Part shown: positions 48,983 through 59,200 of the stretch, in pieces
How the letters are laid out: each line of letters opens with the position of its first letter
Numbering within the stretch: the first letter of the stretch is position 1
NCBI GenBank assembly: GCA_002784945.1
Contig: PFMD01000024.1
Location: forward strand, 17,858 to 81,857
Length of the DNA: 64,000 bases
Direction of reading: 5' to 3'
Source: Candidatus Kerfeldbacteria bacterium CG_4_10_14_0_8_um_filter_42_10
GTDB lineage: Bacteria > Patescibacteriota > Patescibacteriia > UM-FILTER-42-10
The notes under the pieces: model-generated
Told to the model about the DNA's origin: nothing
The model's database searches: none
Seen by the model: only the letters and a program-made list of their open reading frames with translations
Program-made: the position numbers and the translations under genes

Positions 48983-50227
48983 CTATTCGTATCTTAACGC
49001 ATCTAAAGGATTAATTTTGGCGGCGCGGCGCGCCGGATAATATCCAGTTACTAAACTTACCATAAACGAGACGAATAACACTGCCCCCGCTAAAAGAAGT
49101 GGGGTATAGAAGATATCCACCACTTCGCCGCCTGCTCTTTTGGCAAAATAATTTATTCCGTAATTAGTGCCCTCTCCCAATAAAAATCCGACAATCAGCC
49201 CAATGGTGCCGCCCGTCATCCCGATCAAAACCGCTTCGGTGATAAAAAGGCGGTAAATGTCTTTAGTGGTTGCGCCCAGCGCTTTCATTATTCCAATTTC
49301 TCTGGTTCTTTCCAAAAGAGAAACAGTGAGAGTATTAAGTGAACCCATTGCCGCTACAAACATGGCGATGGCACCGAATAAACCCATGATAATTTCAAAA
49401 ACCAAGAATATTTTGTCGATTTGACCCACGGTATCGGCAATCGAATCAACCTGGTATCCCATTCCTTCAATTTGAGCCCTGACTTCTTTTAGCTTTGATT
49501 CGTCCTCCACTTTAACTCTGGCCATAGAGTACTCTTTTTCCTTTTCCACTTTTACTTTTGCCTCGCTGTAAGTAGGCTCAAAGCCGATACTAACTAAGTA
49601 ATCCAGGGGGGCATAAACTATTGATAACTCATCATCGTCTGCCACAACCCCCTGTGTTTTTACGGTAAGCTCCTTAGAAATTAATTCTTCTTCTTGAGTT
49701 CCTTCAATTTTCTGGGGAACTAATAATTTTAGCTTTAATTCTTTACCGACGGCTTCTTGGGGATCGGCAAATCCGATCAGATCCAGGGTAGTTTTGGTAA
49801 CAATTATTTCTTTAGCGGCCGCATCGGAAAATTCCTGACCGTAATTAACTTTGATGCCTTCCATTGACATAAACTCAGGGTTAATGCCATAAATTGCCAC
49901 ATCCGTAATTGCATCCCCGATCCCGACCTGACCGGAAAGGCTAAGAGAAGGGCTCACATCATTAACATTTTCCATGTTTTGAAATTTGTTTACCACTTCA
50001 TCATCCAATTTTAAAAGAGTGGATTCTCCTTTGCTGACATCTAGAACGGTCAATGCCTCTACATTAGTGATTTGATTTTTAATTAACAGCTGTAAGCCAA
50101 AGCCTAATGATAACAAAAAAACTATCAAAGAAATGCCCACCGCCATTCCTCCAATCGTCAGAACGCTCCTTAACTTTCTTTTGATTAAGTTGGACTGTGA
50201 TATGAATAGAATGTACCCAAATTTCAT
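48983..50227 (-). CDS. MacB/FtsX-type ABC transporter permease
   Basis: RSVLTIGG, large extracytoplasmic domain, ERTREIGIMKALGA, PARRAAKINPLDALRYE. Confidence 0.95.
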   Translation of the reverse strand: MKFGYILFISQSNLIKRKLRSVLTIGGMAVGISLIVFLLSLGFGLQLLIKNQITNVEALTVLDVSKGESTLLKLDDEVVNKFQNMENVNDVSPSLSLSGQVGIGDAITDVAIYGINPEFMSMEGIKVNYGQEFSDAAAKEIIVTKTTLDLIGFADPQEAVGKELKLKLLVPQKIEGTQEEELISKELTVKTQGVVADDDELSIVYAPLDYLVSIGFEPTYSEAKVKVEKEKEYSMARVKVEDESKLKEVRAQIEGMGYQVDSIADTVGQIDKIFLVFEIIMGLFGAIAMFVAAMGSLNTLTVSLLERTREIGIMKALGATTKDIYRLFITEAVLIGMTGGTIGLIVGFLLGEGTNYGINYFAKRAGGEVVDIFYTPLLLAGAVLFVSFMVSLVTGYYPARRAAKINPLDALRYE

Positions 50228-50233
50228 TTTTTT

Positions 50234-51097
50234 CTAAGCCTTAAATGAATTGCTGCCCTCTACTATTTTGCCATCACGGATATAAATAGTCCGGGAACCG
50301 TAAGTGACATAATCAATGTTATGAGTAACCATCAATAGAGTCTTTCTTAAACGTTCGTTAAGGTTCTTGAAAAACTCCATTACTTTGGTGGCTGATTCGG
50401 TATCCAAATTTCCGGTGGGCTCATCGGCTACCAGTATTGGCGGATTAGAGGTGAGGGCTCGCGCCACGCAAACTTTTTGCTGCTGACCGCCGGAAAGTGA
50501 GGTGGGGGCATAATTGGCATGATCATCAACCCCCATTTCTCTAAGCCGGTACCAGGCTTTTTCTAACCTTTCCTTTTTACTTATATTATTGATGGCTAAA
50601 GGAAGAACGACGTTTTGAAGCACGTTTAAAGACCTGATCCAGTCCGCTTTCTGAAAAATAATGCCAAAATTATTGTAACGGAATTTAGCCAGTTTATTCG
50701 GGCTTTTTTTGGTAATATCTTCCCCGCGTATAATCACCTTTCCTGAAGTGGGATACTCTAACCCCAATAAAGTATTCAAAAGGGTAGATTTTCCACTGCC
50801 TGAAGGCCCCAAGATAATTATGAATTCCCGTTCATAAATTTTAACATTGATATCCTTAAGAACGGGGATGAGGTTTTTCCCCACTTGAAAGGATTTATTA
50901 ACATGGACTAATTCAATAATCGGCTTCCTTTTATCTGAGCCGGCGTTGTTTTTGGTTTCGGTATCAAAACTATTTACTGTCTTGACTTGTTCTGCCGAAT
51001 TATTATTGGATTTTTTTTCTCCGTTCTGCTTTCCGTTCTGCTTTCCGTTACCGTTTTTACTATTTTTTTTCGCTTTTAGATTCTCACCGTTAACCAT
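50234..51097 (-). CDS. MacB/LolD-type ABC transporter ATP-binding protein
   Basis: GPSGSGKST, LSGGQQQ, ADEPTGNLD, VTHN. Confidence 0.95.
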   Translation of the reverse strand: MVNGENLKAKKNSKNGNGKQNGKQNGEKKSNNNSAEQVKTVNSFDTETKNNAGSDKRKPIIELVHVNKSFQVGKNLIPVLKDINVKIYEREFIIILGPSGSGKSTLLNTLLGLEYPTSGKVIIRGEDITKKSPNKLAKFRYNNFGIIFQKADWIRSLNVLQNVVLPLAINNISKKERLEKAWYRLREMGVDDHANYAPTSLSGGQQQKVCVARALTSNPPILVADEPTGNLDTESATKVMEFFKNLNERLRKTLLMVTHNIDYVTYGSRTIYIRDGKIVEGSNSFKA

Positions 51098-51180
51098 TAT
51101 TTTGGATGTTTCCTATGATTAATTTAGCTGAAAATATTATAATTATTATAACATTATTTTTGAAATTTTACAAAAACTAG

Positions 51181-54100
51181 CTAAAACGGCAATCCAATCT
51201 GACCCACCCAGGCAAAGGTTTCTTCTAAGTTAGAAATAACCAGCTGGAGGAAGGATTCTCTTTTGCGGGAGGTTAAAACCGAATAGGAACCGGATTTGGA
51301 TTCATTTCCGGCTTTATCAACGGCCACTACCCGAAAGCGATAGGTCTTGGCCGGAGCCAGTTCCGAGATTACCACTAAATGATCCATGACCAGTTCGGCG
51401 TTTGCTTCCGTCTGTTCGGTGAATTCCGTGCCGGAAAGGCCTACGCCAAATTCTGCCTGAGAAGTGGTTGGTTCGTTGGTTTTCCAATTGACGATGATCT
51501 GGACCGAGGAGGTTTCCCCCGCTCCAATCGTGTTGGATTCGGACTGGATTCCCGTGATTACCGGCGGGGTGGTATCTTCCAGCGTAGTAAAAGTATTCAC
51601 TTCGGATACGGCCTGGTAGCCGAACTGGTCAAAGCCTTTGGTTTTGAACTGGTAGGCGGTAGCATCTTCCAAACCGAATAGGAGAATGGAGTGGGTAGTG
51701 ACCAGGGCGGAGTTGCCTTGAGTTTTAGGGGCAATGGAAGAGTTGTAGTACTCTACTTCCGAAGTGGTAAGAACATTAGTGGTCCAGCTGATTTCGGTCT
51801 GTCCTTCGGATTTGTTTTCAAAGGATATGGAGAGTACTTTCGGAAAAGTCAGAGTAGTAAAGGAATAATCGCTTGATTCCGGGGAATTGCTGGTAGAATC
51901 CAGTCCGGTGGGCCTAAAGTGGTAGGTGGTGCCATCAGTAAGACTGGCAAGCTTCATAGTATGAGTAGTGGTGAGCGAGCCGGAGGTATCGGCCACCGTA
52001 AAGCCATAATCCACGGCAGTTCCATAGTCTAGCTTGGTGGTAGTGGGTTTGTTAGTGGTCCAGGTGATCAGAGCATCAAAGAGCTTAACGTCTGATACCA
52101 CCACTTCTGAGACACGGGGGGCTTCTAGAGTGGTGAAAGTAGCAATGCTGGAGAGAGCGACGTTGCCGTCTTGGTCTCTGGATCGAATCCGATAATAATA
52201 AGTAGTTTTCGATTCTAGTCCTTCCAAAACAACTGTATGTTTTTCACTTTCTTCAATCGTTCCCTGTTCTTCGCCAAATTCTTGAGTTAAACCATATTCT
52301 ACATGCGAATCAGCATTTCTTTCCGTTTCCCAAGTTACGTTTGCGGAAAAGGAATCCGGCGTTACAGTTGGTCCAGAGGTAATCTCTGGAGGGGTAGTAT
52401 ATCTTCCTTCGGGAATGTCTGAAACAGTTGTAGAAGCAGCGGAGGTAGCTCCGGCCGTGTCTTTAGCCTTAACCTTGTAATAGTAGGTTTCCGAGTTATC
52501 CAGACCGACATCCAGGTAGCCGTAGGAAGTGATTTCTGCAATAGATTCAAAGTGATCATCATCATCAACGGACCGTTCGATAATATAGGTGATTTCTTCC
52601 CCATCGGAAGCACTGCTTTGGGTTACTTGTTCCCAAACTAGGGTAATGGAATAAATTTCCGCTTCCCGATTGGAAGAATCGGTAATAATCAATCCGGTAG
52701 GAATCGAGGGGGCTTCAGTCTCCGCCTCAAAATCAATCGAAGCGTAGTTGGAGTAATTAATGTTGTTGTCTTCGTCAATCGCCACCACATAGAAAGTGTT
52801 GGTACCCTGCTGGGTAGCATAGGGGCCGGGGCCGACATATTCGTTGGTGGTATAAGAAACATTTTCTTCCGTAGGAGTGGAGTTGATGGAATAGAAATAG
52901 CCCTGGACCGTCACCCCTTCATCTAAGGGCGGGTCCCAGGTGAACTTAAAGGAGTTTTCCGTGTTGTATTCCGGAGTAACAGCAAGGTTGGTGGGAGCAG
53001 ATAAAGCATCAGCGGTGGTAAAGGTGTAATCGGAAGAATAGCCGGTATTATCATCTTCATCGGTCCATCTCGCCCGGTAATGGTAGGTGGTGTCAGGTTC
53101 CAGGGCAATGAGGGTTACTTCATGGGAAGTGACAAAGTCTTCCTGGCCCTGTTCCTCGCCATAGGAGGTGGCAGTACCGTATTCCACAAAAGAGGAGCCT
53201 TCCCGATCAGTGAGCCATTCTACTGTGGCGGATTGGATCCGGGTGGTTACTCCGGGAGTGCCAACTAAATTAGGCGGTACGTAATATCTTCCCCGGGCCT
53301 GCTCGCAGACTGCCGTGGAGGCGGCGGAGACGGCATTGGCGTTATCCGCTGCTTTGATCCGGTAACAATACCAGGCATTCTGGGTCAGACCGGTATCTAA
53401 GTAACCGGTGCCGGCCACTTGGGATATCTCTGAGTAGTTAACCCCTTCATCTTCGCTTCTTTCCACGTTGTAATGATCAATGCCGGAACCAGTGTTTTCC
53501 GGCTCATCCCAGGTAACAGTTAAGGAGAATTTGTCCTGGGCCCGGTTGGAGGTGTCAGTGACAATTACGCCTACAGGGATACCGGGAGCAGAAGTGTTAG
53601 CGGTGAATTCTATGGAAGAGTAAGCGTTGTAGTTGACGTTGCCGGCCGCATCTTCCGCTACTATGTAAAAAGTGTTGGTGCCCTGCTGGGTAGCGTAGGG
53701 GCCGGGGCCGATAGAGGTAGCAGTGGTAGTGGAGGTATTGAGAGCGGTAGGCAGGGCATTGATGGAATAGTGGTAGCTGGCAATAGAACCGCTGTAGATG
53801 GCCGGAGCACTCCAGGAAAAAGTGAAAGAGTTGGTAGAAGTTGGTTCGGCAGGGTCTACGGCTAAATCTTGGGGTTCGGAAGGAGCCGAGCCGTTGTAAT
53901 AGTAGTTTACTTGGGCATAGGAAGAAGCGAGGTTTCCGGCCTCATCTTTGCTTCGGACATAGAAAACATTAACGTTTTCCTGGTAGGATTCGATGCCAGA
54001 GACGGAGGTGCCGGAGATACAGGTTTCGACGAATCCTTCTTCGCCTGTTTTGTAGCAGTATTCCCCTATTCCGGAATCATCATCTGATCCGGCGGACCAA

Positions 54101-56214
54101 AGGAAGGTGAAGGAATTAACGTTGGAATATCCGGCCGGGTCGGCAGCGGCGATGCCGGGGGAAGTAGGAGCGGTTGAGTCGAATTTGTAGATAAAACCTT
54201 GGTAGGTAGTAGTTACGGTATTACCCACTAAATCGTAGGCTTTTAGGCGAAGATAGTAAGTGTTGCCGGAAGTCAGAGAAGAAAAAGTGCTATTATCCTC
54301 ATTATGGCTGGAACCGTCGTCTTCGGGATCGGCAGAATTATTTAGACCGAAATACACGTAATAGCCGGCCACTCCGGAATCAGGATCAGTAGCGCCTGAC
54401 CAGGTGCAGTAGATATTGTCATCGTTGTACCAGGTATCAGTGGTCAGTTCGGTACCCATGCCCGAATCGGTATAACAGTGAGCCGAGGTAACATTAGAGC
54501 TAGGAGGATCCACATCTTTGAGATAATAGATGGTGATATCGGAAAGAGTGGGGTTGGAAACGCCATCTGTTTGGGTCAAAGTGGCTCTAACTTGAAGATA
54601 CCGATAGGTTTTGTAGGTACTTTGAGGAAACTGGGTTTCTAAGGTAGCGGCAGAAACGCCATATCTGCCGCTGTTGGCATCCTCGTCCGTCATATCATAC
54701 CAAGAAGTCCAGGAAGAACGGTTAGTGGATAACCTCATTTCAAAATCGATATTAGTGTTGGCTGGTATAGTTACCGAGGATTCAAGAGCATTGCCATTGC
54801 CATTATCGCTCCAGCCGCCATTCCAAATAACATCTATGGCATTAGCGTCAGAAGGTGAAGTCCAGGTACCGGAAGATTGAAGCGTGGCGGCTTCGATTCC
54901 TACGGATGTGGAAGGTTCAGGCGATGAATATTTCCTTATCAATTCTTTGCCCGGATAGTTGGTGGTCACGTAGCCGTAATTGCTGTAGAGATCGGCTATT
55001 TCGCCAGTGGTAAGGGTGTGACTATAAACACGCGTCTGATCTATCTTTCCATACCAGTCATATGCGACGCCCGATGACATTGTAAAATTATTGGCAGCGG
55101 GATTGGTATAAGTAGCGGCACCGCAAAGCGAATTATCATAATAAAGATTCGTATTTCCAGTATCAGTAGCAACATTAAAAACATAATGATGAAAATTACC
55201 ATCCGCTGCGTTTGCCGGGATCGTGCAAAATGAATTCGTATCGCCATTCCAAGTATTTAAGCTGATCTTACCATTATAGAAAAATGCGTCCGGTCCGGCG
55301 CCATTCGGTCCAGTTCGCCAAAGCATGCCGTAAGGGTTCGGCGGTACGGCATCAACTACCCACATGGAAATAGCAACTGCCGTCCCAACCGCCGTACTGG
55401 TCGTAATATAATTATTATTGCCTGCAAAATTCCTGGCATTACCGAACTTTCCCGTATCAACAGTCGTGCCGGTAGGCGTTCCTGTGTAATTATTTCCCGA
55501 TGTATCTGCAACATTTCCAGAAGCTTCATCCAAGGTCCACGCGCCAATTACTCCGGTAATCTCCCTAATAAACGTATTCGCTATTGATGATTGACTGGCA
55601 GCCGAACCGCTTCCATAATATAAATAAATACTTTTTGAACTGGAAGCAGGGATTGAAGGCACTTCCACCCAGATTTTAGAAGAAGCGTTATTGCAAGGAC
55701 CATCCAGCCAAAAATCCAAGTTGGTTGAATCATCAGCATCCTTGAACCTGATATCATCACAGTCGCCTTGCATCTTACTGGCCAATATTAAAGCAGCGGT
55801 ATCTAAAGTTAAAGATACTTGATAATTAGTTAAAGTATTAGAGTTACTGCTGTTATTAATAGTAAGGGTTCTTTTGTATTGAGTATTATCCGGCCCGGCT
55901 GAACCAGCCAGTCTCACTTCCCCGCCGCTGATACTTTGGGATACTGCACTAGAGAAGGTTCCTTGATCAAACTGGGCTTGAGTGGTAATGGATTTGAAAT
56001 CCTGAGTAGGAGCGGCTTTAGTGATTGGTCCCTGGTAAAGGAAGACGGCGAGAGCGAGAATCAATAAAACAGAAATACTGGTTTGGATCCAGTATTTTTG
56101 GCGGTAAATCTGAAACTTTTTTTGATATACGCTAAGCGTGGCTAAAGCAGCTTTTAGCTTTCGCTTTAAATCCTTCTCATTGCCACTTTGTTTTTTTTCT
56201 TTCTCCTTCTTCAT
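51181..56214 (-). CDS. Giant surface protein: N-terminal TM, DUF2341-like domain, LamG-like domain, multiple FN3 domains
   Basis: DIRF.D...L.FW...IWV.VP.IP...IYLYYG; GKFGNARNF...HHYV...GKIDQTRVY; many L...TTYYYR FN3 units. Confidence 0.88.
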   Translation of the reverse strand: MKKEKEKKQSGNEKDLKRKLKAALATLSVYQKKFQIYRQKYWIQTSISVLLILALAVFLYQGPITKAAPTQDFKSITTQAQFDQGTFSSAVSQSISGGEVRLAGSAGPDNTQYKRTLTINNSSNSNTLTNYQVSLTLDTAALILASKMQGDCDDIRFKDADDSTNLDFWLDGPCNNASSKIWVEVPSIPASSSKSIYLYYGSGSAASQSSIANTFIREITGVIGAWTLDEASGNVADTSGNNYTGTPTGTTVDTGKFGNARNFAGNNNYITTSTAVGTAVAISMWVVDAVPPNPYGMLWRTGPNGAGPDAFFYNGKISLNTWNGDTNSFCTIPANAADGNFHHYVFNVATDTGNTNLYYDNSLCGAATYTNPAANNFTMSSGVAYDWYGKIDQTRVYSHTLTTGEIADLYSNYGYVTTNYPGKELIRKYSSPEPSTSVGIEAATLQSSGTWTSPSDANAIDVIWNGGWSDNGNGNALESSVTIPANTNIDFEMRLSTNRSSWTSWYDMTDEDANSGRYGVSAATLETQFPQSTYKTYRYLQVRATLTQTDGVSNPTLSDITIYYLKDVDPPSSNVTSAHCYTDSGMGTELTTDTWYNDDNIYCTWSGATDPDSGVAGYYVYFGLNNSADPEDDGSSHNEDNSTFSSLTSGNTYYLRLKAYDLVGNTVTTTYQGFIYKFDSTAPTSPGIAAADPAGYSNVNSFTFLWSAGSDDDSGIGEYCYKTGEEGFVETCISGTSVSGIESYQENVNVFYVRSKDEAGNLASSYAQVNYYYNGSAPSEPQDLAVDPAEPTSTNSFTFSWSAPAIYSGSIASYHYSINALPTALNTSTTTATSIGPGPYATQQGTNTFYIVAEDAAGNVNYNAYSSIEFTANTSAPGIPVGVIVTDTSNRAQDKFSLTVTWDEPENTGSGIDHYNVERSEDEGVNYSEISQVAGTGYLDTGLTQNAWYCYRIKAADNANAVSAASTAVCEQARGRYYVPPNLVGTPGVTTRIQSATVEWLTDREGSSFVEYGTATSYGEEQGQEDFVTSHEVTLIALEPDTTYHYRARWTDEDDNTGYSSDYTFTTADALSAPTNLAVTPEYNTENSFKFTWDPPLDEGVTVQGYFYSINSTPTEENVSYTTNEYVGPGPYATQQGTNTFYVVAIDEDNNINYSNYASIDFEAETEAPSIPTGLIITDSSNREAEIYSITLVWEQVTQSSASDGEEITYIIERSVDDDDHFESIAEITSYGYLDVGLDNSETYYYKVKAKDTAGATSAASTTVSDIPEGRYTTPPEITSGPTVTPDSFSANVTWETERNADSHVEYGLTQEFGEEQGTIEESEKHTVVLEGLESKTTYYYRIRSRDQDGNVALSSIATFTTLEAPRVSEVVVSDVKLFDALITWTTNKPTTTKLDYGTAVDYGFTVADTSGSLTTTHTMKLASLTDGTTYHFRPTGLDSTSNSPESSDYSFTTLTFPKVLSISFENKSEGQTEISWTTNVLTTSEVEYYNSSIAPKTQGNSALVTTHSILLFGLEDATAYQFKTKGFDQFGYQAVSEVNTFTTLEDTTPPVITGIQSESNTIGAGETSSVQIIVNWKTNEPTTSQAEFGVGLSGTEFTEQTEANAELVMDHLVVISELAPAKTYRFRVVAVDKAGNESKSGSYSVLTSRKRESFLQLVISNLEETFAWVGQIGLPF

Positions 56215-56229
56215 TATTCTTACAAAAAC

Positions 56230-59200
56230 CTAGAATGAACCGCCGATCCTTCCAATCCAAGAGAAAGTTTCCTCCAGATTAGAAATAATCAGCTGTAAAA
56301 ATGATTCTCTTTTTCGGGAGGTCAACACGGTATAAGCGCCGGATTTAGTGGTATTTCCCGCTTTATCTCGGGAAACCGCTCTAAAGCGGTAAGTTTTAGC
56401 CGGAGCAAGATCTGAAATAACCACTAAATGATCCATGACCAGTTCGGCGTTTTCATCGGTTTGTTCGGTAAATTCGGTTGCTCCCAAGCCTACTCCGTAT
56501 TCCACCTGAGAAGTAGTCGCCTCATTGGTTTTCCAAGAGATGATGATTTGCACTTTGGATTCTTCACCGGCGCCAATCGTGTTTGATTCCGACTGAATTC
56601 CGCTTACCACTGGCGGAGTGGTATCTTCTAAGGTAGTGAATTCATTCTCATCGGAAACCGCTTCATAGCCGAATTCATCTGATCCTCTCACTTTAAACTT
56701 ATAGAGAGTGGCGTCTTCTAATCCATAAAGAAGAATAACATGCTCTTTCACCATGGCGGTATTACCTTGCGTTTTGGGAGGAATATTTTCACTGTAGTAT
56801 TCCACTTCAGAAGTAGTTGGCACATTAGTGGTCCAAGTCACTTCCGTCTGTCCTTCGGACTGGTTGCGGGAAGAAACGGTTAGAACTTCAGGAAAGGTTA
56901 GAGTGGCAAAGATATAATCATCCGAAGCAATCGGATTGCCGTTGCGGTCTTCACCGCCGATTCTTAAGTGATAAGTAGTGCTGTCAGTTAAACCTTCCAG
57001 CTTAACGGTATGAGTCAGGGCGTAGGATCCGGAAGTATCAGTATAAGTCAAGCCGTAATTAGCCGTAGTGCCGTATTGAATCACGGCCGTTGATTCTTTG
57101 TTAGTTTCCCAACTGATAATTGCATCATACAGTTTAACATCACTGATTTTTACCTCTAATACTCTGGGCGCTTCTAAAGTGGTAAAGCTGTCAATCTCGG
57201 AATAAGCGATATTCTCATCAACGTCAATACTCTTTATTCGATAATAATAGGTGGTTTCCGATTTTAACCCCGTAACTTCAATCTCATGTTTTGCGATTAA
57301 ATCAGCGGTACCTTGTTCTTCCGTTAAATCATTGGCCTTTAAACCAAACTCGACGAAAGAAGAAGCGATTCTTTCCGTTTCCCAAACGATGTCAGCGGAA
57401 AACGAATCCGGCGTGGCGACAGGTGATACGGTAATGGCCGGCGGCTGGGTATAGCGGCCTTCAGGTACTTCTGAAACTATGTCAGTAGCTTTGGATGCCG
57501 CACCGGCTTTGTCTTCTGCAACAACTTTATAGAAATATTCTTTAGAGCTATCAAGACCGGTGTCTAAAAATCCGGTTGAGGTAAATCTGGCAATTTCTGA
57601 AAAACTGTCTTTTTCCCCAACTTTGCGATAAAGAGAATAGTAAACTATTTCAGTTTCATCTTCTGAAGATGACGTTTCATATCCTTCGGGCGGGTCCCAA
57701 GTAATGGTAATGGAATAACGCTTGGCATCACGATCAGAGGAATCGGTAATAGTCACAGCTTGTGGAGGTCCCGGAGGTTCGGTCTCGGCTTCGAAGTCAA
57801 CCGATGCATAATTGGCATAATTGATATTGCCGGAGTCGTCCACCGCCACCACATAAAAAGTATTGATTCCTTGCTGAGTGGCAGCGTCGTAAGGACCAAT
57901 ATAAGTATTGGCGGTAAAAGAGACATTGTCTTCAGTGGGAATATTATTCACCACATAAAAATATCCGGCTACGGTAACACCCTCGTCAGTGGGAGCGCCC
58001 CAGGTAAACTTGAAGCGATTAACAGTGTTGCATTCCGGGTCAACCTCTAGATTGATAGGAGCAGATGGCGCGCCATTGGTAGTAAAAGTGAAATCACTGG
58101 AATAACCGATGTTACCGTCAATATCCACCCATTTGCAGCGGAAATGATAGGTCGTTTCCGGAGTTAAATCAGTCAAAGTAACTTCATGCTCACTAACCAT
58201 ATCAGATGTTCCAGTTTCATTACCGTAGGAAGCTGTTTCCCCATATTCCACAAAAGAAGTCGCCGGATGAGGAATAATGTTTCCTTCTCTATCCTGATCA
58301 TCAAGCGTTAGCCATTCAACCACCGCAGAACGAATTCTGGTTTGAACGCCCGGCTGACCGCTCATAGAAGGGGCGCTCTTAAACTTTCCTTCCGGCTTCA
58401 TTTCTACTAAAGCAGAGTTACCCGAAGCGGCATTTCCCGGACCAATCGCTCTGGTGAAGTAAGTATAAGTAATGGTATTATCAAGGCCCGTATCTAAATA
58501 ACCCAAAGTGGAAGTAGAGGCAATTTTAGTGTAATTATCAGGAGGATCATTTACGGTAGAAGGATTCTGGCAATCCTCTTCACAACGGTAGATATTATAC
58601 AAATCAACTCCCGCTCCTACATCATCCGGTTCATCCCAAGTCAGAGTAATAGAATAACGGCTGGTGGATCGATCAGATGAGTCTGTAGCCTGAATGCTGG
58701 CAGGTACTCCCGGCGCAGTAGAATCAAAAATATAGGTTGCGGTAACATAATTACTGTAATCAATATTATTGATTAAGTCAGTAGCAACGATATAAAGAGT
58801 ATTAGTACCCTGCTGGGTAGCGGCGGAGAACCCTGACAATAAGCGATTGGTTGTCTGGGTATCAGTAGTCCAACCGCCATCCGGACTTGGGGTAGTGCTG
58901 CCGCCTGTATTAGTCCCGCAATTGACAGCGTTTGGCAACTCGTTAATGGTATAACAGTATCTTAAAATATCACTGGCTTCACAAGGCGTTTGTCCTAAAC
59001 AGGTGTCCGGTAAACTCCAGGAAAATGAAAAAGTGTTATTGTTGGTTTGAGATGTTGGTGAAACCACGACGCTCGCCGGAGCGGTAGGAGCTTCGCCGGC
59101 ATAATAGTAAGTGGTGGAAGCGTAACTGGAAGAATAATTACCCGCCCCATCTTTCGCCCGAACATAAAAGGTATTACCTCTGGATTGATAAGCTTGAATG

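Noticed and set aside
51181-58400. Diversity-generating retroelement explaining similarity between the two giant genes
   Set aside because: No reverse transcriptase in the window, and the differences are not adenine-specific; ordinary paralogy fits.
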